DNA from: a virus
Strand: one strand, 5' to 3'
Length of the DNA stretch: 64,000 nucleotides
Virus record (IMG/VR): IMGVR_UViG_3300028800_000071
Span: 16,796 to 80,795 of that record
The notes under the pieces were generated by a model, which was not told where the DNA came from, made no database searches, and saw only the letters and a program-made list of their open reading frames with translations. Shown in pieces: positions 8,986 through 18,385 of this stretch; position 1 is the first letter of the stretch; the number at the start of each line of letters is the position of its first letter. The position numbers were made by a program, and so were the translations under genes.

Positions 8986-10644
8986 ATGCCTATCACCAAT
9001 CAAGGCCCGACGCAACAGGTAGTGCCGAACGTTTACGTTCAGGTCCTCCCGCCGTTGCAGGCGCTTAATCCGTACATTGCAACGTCGCTCAACGGCTTCG
9101 TTGGCGTCGGCAATTGGGGTCCGGTCAATACGCCCGTGTTTTGCGGCGATTCCGCGTCGATCACTTACGCGTTCGGCAATGATTCGGTAGGTTTGACGAC
9201 CAGCGGCCTCAACGCTTCGCTCATTCAGGAAATGCTCACGGCGCTCAACGAGGACGGCAACTCCGTCGGCGTTCGCGTCACGGACGGCACCGATACGCCG
9301 GCCACGATCAAACTCATCGACACCGCCGGTTCGCCCGGTACGCTCGTTACGCTCACGGCGCGCTACTCGGGTTCGCTCCCGATGGGCAACGTCGCGACCA
9401 ACACGCCGGCTGCCGGCGCTCGCGTTGATTCGGTCGGCACCAACCTCTTTCGCGTCACGATCTTCTTCCCCAATCAAGCGCCGCAGGTGTATAACAACAT
9501 TTCCGGCGGCATCGGCTTTGGCGGCGGCGGTGGCAGTTACTCTGCCTCTGTATTTAAGAACAACGTCATTGCGGCGATCAACGGCACCGCGCCGAACACC
9601 ACGCCGAACCCGTTCTTCTTCGCCTCCACCGGCGCGTCCACGGTCGCACCGAAACTCGCGACGGTGTTTGCGCCGGATACGAACAGCGGCACGGACGGCA
9701 CGCTCGGCGTCGTTACGGCCACCCTGATCGGAACCGACAGCGCCACCGGCGCACGCACGGGCATCTATGCGTTGCGCGGCACCGGCGCCTTCCACATGGC
9801 GATCTGCGGTTGCACCGATCTCGCCCAGGCTGCAACGCTCTCGGCGTTCTGTACCACGGAGAATATCGCGCTCGCCTTCCTCACCGTGCCGAAGGGCACG
9901 AGCGATAGCGGCGCGGTCGGTCTGCGCGTGACCAACAGCGTCGCGCTCAGTAACGTGGTGCTCGTCAAGGACTTCATCTACGTCTACGACGCGATCTTGC
10001 AGACGTACCGTTACGTGTCGCCGATCGGCAAAGCCATGGGCATCGTCGGTCTGCTCGCACCGTACGCCTCGCCGATCAATCAGCCGTACGAGATCACCGG
10101 GCTCTCAGCGGCCGGCGTGTACTCGACCGAGCAGACGCCGCTCGGACCGCGCTCGCAGGACGAGCTCGGCTATCTGCTCACCAACGGTTTCGTGTCGATC
10201 ACGAATCAGATTCCGCTCAATAACGGCGCATACGGCTTCTTCGACGACGTTTGCTCCAATGGCGATCCCGCGACGAACAACGGGGCCGGCACGTACATTC
10301 CGGTGACGCGCATGACGTCGTTCCTGTCGCAGGCCTTCGAGGATATCGGCGCTCAGTACGTCGGCAAGCCGCAAAGTACGGCCGCCAACGATCCGACGCG
10401 GTTGGCGATCGAAGGTGCGTTCAATAACTTCCTCTCCTCGCTCAAGCCGAACGGCGGTCAGTCGCAGATTGATTCGTATAACGTTACGTGCGATCTCACG
10501 AACAACTCACCGGCGAGTATCGCGGCCGGGTATTGCTACGTGAAGATCCTCGTTCGGTATCTCGGCATCGTGCGTATCCTGTGGATCACGCTGCAAGGCG
10601 GCACGAACGTCACGATCAGCAACCAGCCGCCTTCGGCTGGCTAG
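8986..10644 (+). CDS. Contractile tail sheath protein
   Basis: VPNVYVQ...GFVGVGNWGPVNTPV N-terminus and IDSYNVTCDLTNNSPASIAAG C-terminus, both typical of sheath proteins. Confidence 0.92.
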   Translation: MPITNQGPTQQVVPNVYVQVLPPLQALNPYIATSLNGFVGVGNWGPVNTPVFCGDSASITYAFGNDSVGLTTSGLNASLIQEMLTALNEDGNSVGVRVTDGTDTPATIKLIDTAGSPGTLVTLTARYSGSLPMGNVATNTPAAGARVDSVGTNLFRVTIFFPNQAPQVYNNISGGIGFGGGGGSYSASVFKNNVIAAINGTAPNTTPNPFFFASTGASTVAPKLATVFAPDTNSGTDGTLGVVTATLIGTDSATGARTGIYALRGTGAFHMAICGCTDLAQAATLSAFCTTENIALAFLTVPKGTSDSGAVGLRVTNSVALSNVVLVKDFIYVYDAILQTYRYVSPIGKAMGIVGLLAPYASPINQPYEITGLSAAGVYSTEQTPLGPRSQDELGYLLTNGFVSITNQIPLNNGAYGFFDDVCSNGDPATNNGAGTYIPVTRMTSFLSQAFEDIGAQYVGKPQSTAANDPTRLAIEGAFNNFLSSLKPNGGQSQIDSYNVTCDLTNNSPASIAAGYCYVKILVRYLGIVRILWITLQGGTNVTISNQPPSAG

Positions 10645-10646
10645 TC

Positions 10647-10681
10647 ACTATACTTAGGATAGTTACTATACTTAGTATAGT
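10647..10681. promoter_or_regulatory. Tandem 17-bp palindromic operator-like sites containing TATACT
   Basis: ACTATACTTAGGATAGT-T-ACTATACTTAGTATAGT between the sheath and tube genes. Confidence 0.5.
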
Positions 10682-10758
10682 TCGCATCTTTGGCGCGGTT
10701 GCCGTAACAGGGCGCCGCGCCAAACCAAACCTCTCTCCTCTCTTGGGAGTAATAGAAC

Positions 10759-11214
10759 ATGACGGCCCCTCTACTCGGCGGGTTCAATATCGGCATTCAG
10801 CGCTCGTGGGTTGTAATCGACAACGTAACGCAAGAGCAAATGCCGTGGGGCGGCGATATCATCGACCTGCAATCATCGCCGATCACCAAGGAGATCACCA
10901 TCGACCCGATCTCCACGCAAGGGTACAGCAAATTCAAGACCGATCGCTCGGGCTGGCAGGGCAGCATCACCGTCGCGCGTGTCAACGGTGACGCCGATCA
11001 GTTCGAGGCTATCCAGGAATCGCTGTATCACCAAGGCGGCACGCAGCGGTACTTCTCCATCTACGAAACCACAATCAACGACGACGGCACCATCGACAAA
11101 ATGCAGTACACCGGCTGCGAAATCAAAATGACCGACGCCGGTATGGCTCGCAAGGATTCGTCGATGGATATCAAGTTGGCGTTCCGTGGCCAAGCACGTC
11201 AAGCACCACAATAA
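10759..11214 (+). CDS. Tail tube protein
   Basis: 151 aa, beta-rich, follows the sheath (GWQGSITVAR; IYETTINDDGTIDKMQYTGC). Confidence 0.85.
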   Translation: MTAPLLGGFNIGIQRSWVVIDNVTQEQMPWGGDIIDLQSSPITKEITIDPISTQGYSKFKTDRSGWQGSITVARVNGDADQFEAIQESLYHQGGTQRYFSIYETTINDDGTIDKMQYTGCEIKMTDAGMARKDSSMDIKLAFRGQARQAPQ

Positions 11215-11233
11215 TCCATAACGAAAGGTTGCC

Positions 11234-11686
11234 ATGAACGAATCGCCGACCGTGAAGATCACGGTCGATCCCGACGAAATCGATCGCCTGCGCAAAAAGG
11301 TCGAGGGTGGCGAGGATCTAACGCTCACAGAGTTTCGCTCGCTCATGCCGGCTCGCATCAACGATGAAGGCCAGCTGGAGATTCAACTGAGCGATCGCGC
11401 CTTTGCGATTGTGAGACGCCTCAACGGCCAAGAGTCGATGAAGTGTGACGCGCTCATCGGCGATTCGACGAACGCCGATCTCAAGTTCAAAACCTACGCG
11501 CTCTACGGCCTCACGAAGCTCATCATCGACGGTAAAGAGAAAATGCTGGCGCCGGTCGATCGAGCGGGTATGAACGTCGGCGTGCGCGGTACGCTAATGG
11601 ACGCGCTCGAAGCCAAGTCGCTCGGCGAAGCCTTCGCTATGTTCTTTATGACGCCAATGGAGGCGAGCGCCCTAAAAAACGCCTGA
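11234..11686 (+). CDS. Tail assembly chaperone (gpG-like)
   Basis: Between tube and tape measure; ends at a slippery A-AAA-AAC heptamer. Confidence 0.8.
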   Translation: MNESPTVKITVDPDEIDRLRKKVEGGEDLTLTEFRSLMPARINDEGQLEIQLSDRAFAIVRRLNGQESMKCDALIGDSTNADLKFKTYALYGLTKLIIDGKEKMLAPVDRAGMNVGVRGTLMDALEAKSLGEAFAMFFMTPMEASALKNA

Positions 11687-11862
11687 GGTCCCCCTTCCTA
11701 CAGGAAGTTGGGGACTTTATTCTTTTTGGCGGGAGCTACGGCGACGGAATGGCCATGGACTTCGCGGAGCTCAAGGCGATGAACGTCTATCTCGGGACGC
11801 GTCGTGGCGGCCTCTACGATCCCGTCAAAGGCATTTGGATCAAACAACCCGTCGTATTCTAA
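11674..11862 (+). other. -1 programmed frameshift signal and gpGT-like extension
   Basis: In-frame A AAA AAC (11674-11680), hairpin GTCCCC-CTTCC-TACA-GGAAG-TT-GGGGAC 7 nt downstream, and a -1 frame open for ~60 codons to TAA at 11860-11862. Confidence 0.8.
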
Positions 11863-11875
11863 AAGGGGAACGTGC

Positions 11876-12532
11876 GTGCCAACGATCGGGGTAAACACCG
11901 CCGCGTCGTTCATGAATCTCAAAGCCGGCCGGCCTCGAGTTTTTGGCGGTCTGCGAGAGTTTAGCGCGTTCCTCAAGGCGGAAGCCGTAGAGGAGCCATT
12001 GCGGCTGCTCGCAGCAGCCGGCGTTGCCGGTTCGATCTTCAAGTGGAAGATTCAAGCCGAGTTCGGTGACGATAGCAAACTCGCGCCGAACACGCCGACG
12101 ACGCAAGATCTGCGATCGGACGGCGGTGCCGGCGGCCCGCTGCTCGTCTCTGGCGCGTTGCGCGATTCGATTGAAGCTATGGCCGAACCGTTCGGCGACG
12201 GCGCGATCATGGGCGTCGGCTCGGCGTCGCAGATCCTCGTATGGCAAGAGCACGGCTTTACCACGGCGCCCGATTCGATGATCCCAAACAAGATCGTGCC
12301 GCCGCGTCCGGCCTTCGCGCTCGGCGTGTACGAAGCGGCACCGCTGGTGCAGCAGGCGATCATGCGGTTCGTATTGCCTGGAACCGAATGGCGCAACGTC
12401 AATAACACCTTCGGCAACTTCATGAATCCCGAATCGTATATGCGCGGCGCCGGCGATATCCGAGCGATCGGTCGCGGTCAAATGCCGTACCAGCGCGCGA
12501 GCGACTTCAAAACCGGCGTCTTTCTAGGATAA
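11876..12532 (+). CDS. Virion morphogenesis/tail-completion protein (HK97 gp10/Mu gpG-like)
   Basis: PLLVSGALRDSI, VGS, QEHG and IVPPRP motifs; AAGGGG RBS before GTG at 11876. Confidence 0.7.
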   Translation: MPTIGVNTAASFMNLKAGRPRVFGGLREFSAFLKAEAVEEPLRLLAAAGVAGSIFKWKIQAEFGDDSKLAPNTPTTQDLRSDGGAGGPLLVSGALRDSIEAMAEPFGDGAIMGVGSASQILVWQEHGFTTAPDSMIPNKIVPPRPAFALGVYEAAPLVQQAIMRFVLPGTEWRNVNNTFGNFMNPESYMRGAGDIRAIGRGQMPYQRASDFKTGVFLG

Positions 12533-12547
12533 AGGAGAACTACTAGC

Positions 12548-14638
12548 GTGGCCTTTGGAGAGTCGTGGCTGATCTCAGTCATGATGCGATTTACGAGCAA
12601 CGGCTCGCGCATTATGAACGAGCTCGGAAACTCGGCGAGCAAGGCTAATGCTATCCTCGATACGCACACCAAGAAGGTCAACGCCGCGACGGCTGCATGG
12701 GAGCGCTTTAGTGTCGCGAGCGTGAAGGCCGGCACCATGTTTGCCGGCGGCTTCGCGGCCACCGGCGCTGCGGCGATCGTCTACGGTATCAATCAGGCGG
12801 CGAAGCTGGAGCTCGCCATGACGGGCGTGTATGCCGCTACGGGCGCCAACCTGCGGCAGCAGTCGCAACTGCGCAACATGGTGATGCAGATCTCGGGCGT
12901 GACGGCGCAATCGGCTACCACGATCGCCAACGAGCTCTTTATGGTTGGCTCGTCTGGCTTGAACGATCCCAAGCAACTAATGGCGGCGTTCCCGCAGATC
13001 GCCAAAGCCGCCGACGTGCTCTGGCTCTCGACGATGGGCACGCCGAAAGCCGTCGATCCCGTACACGCCTCGATGCAAATGATGAAGCTCTCGCATCTGT
13101 TCGGCGCGTATCAAGGCAAACCGTTAGCCGATATGGTCGATGCTATCGTGCGCCTGCAAATGGTGCAACCCGACGCGCTCGCGAAGGTCGTCACGCAGGC
13201 GAGGTATTTTGTCCCGGCGGCGCTCGGCGCTGGCGTGAGTATCAAGAATCTGCCGCAATCCGATCTCATGGTTCTGATGGCGTCGATGGGCCAGCAGGGC
13301 TTCATGCAAGGCAAAGGCGGTACGGGCCTCGCGGCGTTCATTCAATACATGGATAAGGCGCCGACGTTGACGGCGCATCTGTCGAAGATTCAGCGCGCCT
13401 CAATGATCGATCTCGGGCTATTCGACAGCAGCGGCAGAAATAAGTTCCTCGATAGTCACCAAAACCTAAAGCTCGGTGAGGCGGTCCATTATCTCGGCGA
13501 AAAGTTCGACAGCATGGTCAAAGAGGGTCGGCGCGGCGACTTTATGGCCGATCTCTACGGCGCGTTCTTGCGGCAGGGCGGGGCGTTCACCGCGGCGATG
13601 CTGCTTCCGCAAGTCCGTGCGCAACGCCAACGCAACATTCTCGGCATGGAACGGATCGCGCCGCCTGGCACCGCCGTCGAACGGTTGTGGGACAAGTATA
13701 TGCACACCACGATTGGCGCGTGGAAATACTTCGTCACGAACTTCGAAAACGTGTGGATCTACGGCTTCACGCCGATGCTGCCCACCGTCACCGCCTTCTT
13801 GCGCGGCCTCGGCTACGAGTTCGGGCGCTTCGGCAATACGCTCAAAGATCACCCCGGCATGGCGCAGGCGCTCGCTAATATCCTGATCGGCCTTACGGCG
13901 CTCTCGACCGCGCGCTTCTTGCTCGGTGGCGGCACGTGGCTCTTTACCGTTGCGAGCGGCTTCGGTAAACTCGCGCCGGAACTGAGCCTCACGAGCAAAG
14001 CGCTCATGACGCTAGACAACTTCGTGCTGGCCGGCATGGGCGCGCGCCTTCTCAAGCTCACGAAGTATTGGTTTGATCTCGATACGGCAGCATTAGCGTC
14101 GGCCGCGCCGATCAATAACGTGGCTGGTGCATTGCGCGCGCTCGCGGCAGCTGGCGGCGCGTTCTTGCTCTCACCGCTCGGCCGACTGATCTCAGCCGGC
14201 GGCGGCATCCTCACCGGCGCGTACATTTCGATGCAGCAACATAGCTCGGCGAAAGCCACGTACGATGCGGTTGCACACAAGTACGGCGCGCACTACGCGA
14301 ACACGCTGTTGCACGGCGCACCGGGTTGGAACCTCGATTGGCACGGCCTCCACAAAGGCGGCGGCTCTTACGGCGGTTGGCCGTACAACTATGGTCCGAA
14401 CGATATCCCCGCTGGTGCGCCGCGGCCGCACAACGGGCCGACGCACGTAAGCATGACGAACCATATCGAGATCAAGGTGCCGAAAGGCACGTCCGCCGAG
14501 CAGGCCAAGGAGATCATCAAGATGGCCATGGCCGGTATCCGATCCGAAATGGCGTCTAGCGGAATGCACTTCACCAGCCGCAACGCGCCGCCGGTACTCA
14601 ATCTCGATCTCGCTAGTCCGAGCCTCGGCCTTTCGTAA
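12548..14638 (+). CDS. Tape measure protein
   Basis: Ala/Gly-rich helical protein with a tape-measure core (AKLELAMTGV...GGTGLAAFI); canonical position. Confidence 0.85.
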   Translation: MAFGESWLISVMMRFTSNGSRIMNELGNSASKANAILDTHTKKVNAATAAWERFSVASVKAGTMFAGGFAATGAAAIVYGINQAAKLELAMTGVYAATGANLRQQSQLRNMVMQISGVTAQSATTIANELFMVGSSGLNDPKQLMAAFPQIAKAADVLWLSTMGTPKAVDPVHASMQMMKLSHLFGAYQGKPLADMVDAIVRLQMVQPDALAKVVTQARYFVPAALGAGVSIKNLPQSDLMVLMASMGQQGFMQGKGGTGLAAFIQYMDKAPTLTAHLSKIQRASMIDLGLFDSSGRNKFLDSHQNLKLGEAVHYLGEKFDSMVKEGRRGDFMADLYGAFLRQGGAFTAAMLLPQVRAQRQRNILGMERIAPPGTAVERLWDKYMHTTIGAWKYFVTNFENVWIYGFTPMLPTVTAFLRGLGYEFGRFGNTLKDHPGMAQALANILIGLTALSTARFLLGGGTWLFTVASGFGKLAPELSLTSKALMTLDNFVLAGMGARLLKLTKYWFDLDTAALASAAPINNVAGALRALAAAGGAFLLSPLGRLISAGGGILTGAYISMQQHSSAKATYDAVAHKYGAHYANTLLHGAPGWNLDWHGLHKGGGSYGGWPYNYGPNDIPAGAPRPHNGPTHVSMTNHIEIKVPKGTSAEQAKEIIKMAMAGIRSEMASSGMHFTSRNAPPVLNLDLASPSLGLS

Positions 14639-15564
14639 TGGCAACGCTGCACCGTCCGCAACAGCAGACACCCTCGGGGCCATCGGATAGTCTGACGATC
14701 GGCAGCACCGTTCTGCTCGACGAGGAAACGCCGGACGAACTTATTATCGAGATCAAACGCGTCTGGGCGATCGTCACCTATATCGGCGGCGCTCGCGTCG
14801 CGCAAGATATGGGGCCGTCACCGGCCGATATCACGTGGAAGGGCCGGCTGTTCGCCGGCAACGTCGCCGAACGGTTCGCCGCGCTGCAATCCATGGAGAA
14901 TGCCGCGCAGTTGGTGCCGCTCACGTATCTCGATCAGGCGTTCAACGTCGTCATCAAGACGGTGCGCAAGGTGTACGAGCACCGTTGGCAGGGCGGCTAC
15001 GAGATCACGGTCACGATCATCGAGGACGTTTCCGGCCAATACCAAGTTGGTTCCGGCCCGAGCGCCGAGCAGCAAGTTGATGCGCTGTGGCAGCGCGCGC
15101 TCGATACGCTCGAACAACTCGTGCAAGCCGATCCGTTCGAAACGCCGGGCATACAAACCGAATTCACGATTCTGTTCGCCGCGCTCGAACTCGCCGGGAT
15201 GCTCTCTGAGCTCACCTCGGGATCGTTGCAGAACCTCGTGACGCTCGCCGGTCAAGCCGCCGGCGCTGCGGCTGCGTACATTGCGAATCACGGCGGGGCG
15301 AACGGTAGTTCGCAACTATTCTTGCTCGCCTCCGATCTTGAAACGTCGGCGCTGTTGATCGCCAAGAACCTACAGAGCGGCAACGCGCCAAACGTCGTGG
15401 TGATTCACGGTGCCGATCAGAGCGATCTGTTTGGGCTCGCCGCGCAGGCGTACGGTGACGCCTCGCTGGCCTTTGCGCTCGCGAGCATCAACGGTCTGTC
15501 GTCGCCGCTGCTGGCCTCGACGAAAGTCTATACGCTCACGTTGCCGACAACGCTGGTGGCATGA
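14638..15564 (+). CDS. Tail tube initiator/baseplate protein with LysM-like C-terminus
   Basis: ITWKGRLF; C-terminal LFGLAAQAYGDA...LASINGL; follows the tape measure. Confidence 0.65.
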   Translation: MATLHRPQQQTPSGPSDSLTIGSTVLLDEETPDELIIEIKRVWAIVTYIGGARVAQDMGPSPADITWKGRLFAGNVAERFAALQSMENAAQLVPLTYLDQAFNVVIKTVRKVYEHRWQGGYEITVTIIEDVSGQYQVGSGPSAEQQVDALWQRALDTLEQLVQADPFETPGIQTEFTILFAALELAGMLSELTSGSLQNLVTLAGQAAGAAAAYIANHGGANGSSQLFLLASDLETSALLIAKNLQSGNAPNVVVIHGADQSDLFGLAAQAYGDASLAFALASINGLSSPLLASTKVYTLTLPTTLVA

Positions 15565-16865
15565 CGAACGGTCTCGGGCCGCTTACGTTTACTCAGCCGG
15601 GCGACGTATCGTCGCCGCGTGCGTGCGCCAAGATCGCCGGCAAACTCTACCCGGTATCGAGCTATCGACTGAGCAAGAACTCGCACGGCGCCACGAACAC
15701 GGGCAGCATGGCGTTGGCGATCGCGGGGAATCCCGATTGGACGCGCGAGCTTACCTCGGTGATCAAAACCGGCCAGACGGACCCGTCGCCGATCTATCTC
15801 GAACTCTGGGCCGGCTTCCCGCCCGCTCCGAGCTCGGTGCCGTCGCTCGCCGGCCTACAGCGCCGCTTCTACGGCGTGCTCGATACGTACGAGCCAGATA
15901 ATCTCTCAACGACGGAGTTTCGGCTGCGCTCGATCGCCGCGCCGCTCACGACGGACGCCATCACGACGGCGGTGCAAAACGTCACGACCGTTGACTTCAT
16001 CCGCAAAATCTGCGCCTCGTACAATATCAAAGTGTCGATCGACCCGACGCTCACTAATCCGTTCACGCTCGCGCGCGTCTACGCTCAAGACTTCGTGGTC
16101 GGCCTGAAGAACCTCAAGAAGTGGGATATCTTCCTGCGCTCGTCGATCGCCGACGATTGCGATCTCTGGGAAGATGACGGCACCGTCTACTACTATCATC
16201 CGTGGAACGTGCAGCGCCAGACCGTCAAGCTCGTCTACGGCACGAGCATCAAAGACTTTCACCCGAGCCATTCGCCGCAGTTCTCGCGCACGATCCGCGT
16301 GCAGGTGCATTCGTATTCGCAGAAGATCCGTACCGCGACGACCGTGAGGGTGCAATCCGTGGTCGGCGGCATCGAAGTGTCGCGCAACACCAAGACGCTC
16401 ACGTCGCAACCGAATTGGGGAACGAACAGCGGCCAGACGACGACCTACCTCAACGACGGCTCGATAAAATACGGCTCGTGGTCATCGTCCGGCGGATCGA
16501 CCGGCTCGAGCAACGTCGCGATCGCCGAGAGCGGCATCGAGCTCTACAACTTCTATCTGCCGAATCTGTCGTACGACGAATGTAACAAGTTGACGACGGC
16601 GATCTGGCGGCAAATCTCCATGCACGAGTATCAGGGCACGATCGAATATCAAATGACGCCGGCCTTGCTCAAGCTGACGGCTATGGCTTCGCTGCTCGAC
16701 GTGAGCGGTTATCCGATGAGCAAGTTCAACACGCAGTATTGGCCGCGCACGATGGAGGAAGTATTCGAGGGCGCTCAGACCGACGAAAACTCCGGTGAAG
16801 CTCCCGGTTGGTACGTGACCTATCACGGCGTGAACCACACGCTGCCGCTCGGGGGAGGCGTCTAA
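15561..16865 (+). CDS. Baseplate hub protein
   Basis: Size and position in the canonical myophage baseplate order. Confidence 0.65.
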   Translation: MTNGLGPLTFTQPGDVSSPRACAKIAGKLYPVSSYRLSKNSHGATNTGSMALAIAGNPDWTRELTSVIKTGQTDPSPIYLELWAGFPPAPSSVPSLAGLQRRFYGVLDTYEPDNLSTTEFRLRSIAAPLTTDAITTAVQNVTTVDFIRKICASYNIKVSIDPTLTNPFTLARVYAQDFVVGLKNLKKWDIFLRSSIADDCDLWEDDGTVYYYHPWNVQRQTVKLVYGTSIKDFHPSHSPQFSRTIRVQVHSYSQKIRTATTVRVQSVVGGIEVSRNTKTLTSQPNWGTNSGQTTTYLNDGSIKYGSWSSSGGSTGSSNVAIAESGIELYNFYLPNLSYDECNKLTTAIWRQISMHEYQGTIEYQMTPALLKLTAMASLLDVSGYPMSKFNTQYWPRTMEEVFEGAQTDENSGEAPGWYVTYHGVNHTLPLGGGV

Positions 16866-17917
16866 TGGCCTTTGCCGAGCTCTTTGCGTTCATGCAGGCG
16901 CACGCGCGCGGCCAACTGCACCTTGGCTTCGAAGGCACGATCGTCAAAGATACGTACAATCAGACGGACGGCACCGTGCAGGTCGTGATCGGCGAAGCGT
17001 TCGCCAACTTCGACGACCCCGATCAGCAGCCGTATGCGATGACCGGCAAGCTCATGACGCCGATGCTCGGTCTCATGGGCGGTCCGCAGGGCGGCGAACG
17101 TGCGCTCCTGATTGCCATGCGCGGCTCGTATCGCGTGCTGCTCGAACACGACTTCGACGATGCGCCTGGCGTGCCGCCTGGCGAGCTACAGTACAAACAC
17201 TACAAGCTCGGCACGACCGGACAGGGCAATACGCCTGTTGCCGACACGGGCTTCCACTTCACGAACGACGGTCCGACGGCCGCCGATGGCCTCGGTGGCG
17301 CGCACGTCGGCGCAGATGGCGCGCACAGTACGCTCGACACGGCCAGCGGTCATCAAGTCGAACTCAACGACACCGCGAAGCAGGTCGCGATCAAGACGGC
17401 CGGTGGCGTTGGCGGCGGTGCCTCGCTTACCGAAACGTTCGACGATACGTCGCAGACGATCGTACGCACCGTATCGGCTACCGTCCAAGATAAACTCGAC
17501 GCGATCAATAAGATCGCGCAATCGCAGGTTGCGGCCAACGTATTCCACCAACTGATCGGTGGCGCTACGCCGACGGCCACGACGCAAGTCTCCAGCGGTG
17601 TCAAGACGATATGGGATTCGGCCGGCAACGCGATCTCGCACGTCGTGCCCGGTGGTGGCACCGTTGCTCTCGGTGATCTTGCTTCAAACCTTTCAGCCGC
17701 CGGCAAAGGCGCGATCAATAACGATATCCTTACGACGTTCGGCGGCAACTCCGATACGGTAGCGCTCACGAATCTGCAAGCCTTCGCGACCGCGCTGCAC
17801 ACCGCCGGCGCGATCACGGGCGCCCAACTCACGGCGATGCTCGGGATTCTGATTACGTCGTGGCTCACGAAAGTCGGCATACCGGCCGGTTCATCACTTG
17901 TCAAGATCGCCGTATAG
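16865..17917 (+). CDS. Baseplate central spike (gpV/gp5-like)
   Basis: OB-fold-like N-terminus (GGPQGGERALL) then beta-repeats (TASGHQVELNDT). Start at 16865 after GGAGG. Confidence 0.7.
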   Translation: MAFAELFAFMQAHARGQLHLGFEGTIVKDTYNQTDGTVQVVIGEAFANFDDPDQQPYAMTGKLMTPMLGLMGGPQGGERALLIAMRGSYRVLLEHDFDDAPGVPPGELQYKHYKLGTTGQGNTPVADTGFHFTNDGPTAADGLGGAHVGADGAHSTLDTASGHQVELNDTAKQVAIKTAGGVGGGASLTETFDDTSQTIVRTVSATVQDKLDAINKIAQSQVAANVFHQLIGGATPTATTQVSSGVKTIWDSAGNAISHVVPGGGTVALGDLASNLSAAGKGAINNDILTTFGGNSDTVALTNLQAFATALHTAGAITGAQLTAMLGILITSWLTKVGIPAGSSLVKIAV

Positions 17918-17926
17918 GAGAACGTT

Positions 17927-18385
17927 GTGGCTGGCCTTCCGCAGACGACGAGTAACCCGTTGGCGGCGGTGGAGGTCCTTTTGCCCTACGGCGGCGACTA
18001 TTCACTAACGTCAACCGGCGATCTGCAACTCGTCAAAGACCAACCCGGCAATCCGGCCGCCACGACGCAGCGCATCATCTTCTTGCTGCTCACCAATCCC
18101 GGCGACGATCTCTTTAACCTCGATTACGGCGCCGGCTGCCGCGCGACCGTTGGCCGACCGAACGTTATGGCGAACGTCGATGCCATCCGGCGCACGATCT
18201 CAAGCGCTCTTGCCAACGACCCGTTCGTCGCGGTGTCGCCGGGACCGACGATCGGCATAACGCTTTCGCCGGATAATCAGAGCGCCATTATTGCGATCTC
18301 GTTCTTTTCGGTGATCGGCCAATACGTATCGTTGCCCGATATATCTCTTTCGCCGAATAGCATCCAAATCGGAGCGGCAGCGTGA
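17927..18385 (+). CDS. Baseplate wedge, gp25/gpW-like
   Basis: TGDLQLV...QRIIFLLLTNPGD...DYGAG motif. Confidence 0.8.
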   Translation: MAGLPQTTSNPLAAVEVLLPYGGDYSLTSTGDLQLVKDQPGNPAATTQRIIFLLLTNPGDDLFNLDYGAGCRATVGRPNVMANVDAIRRTISSALANDPFVAVSPGPTIGITLSPDNQSAIIAISFFSVIGQYVSLPDISLSPNSIQIGAAA

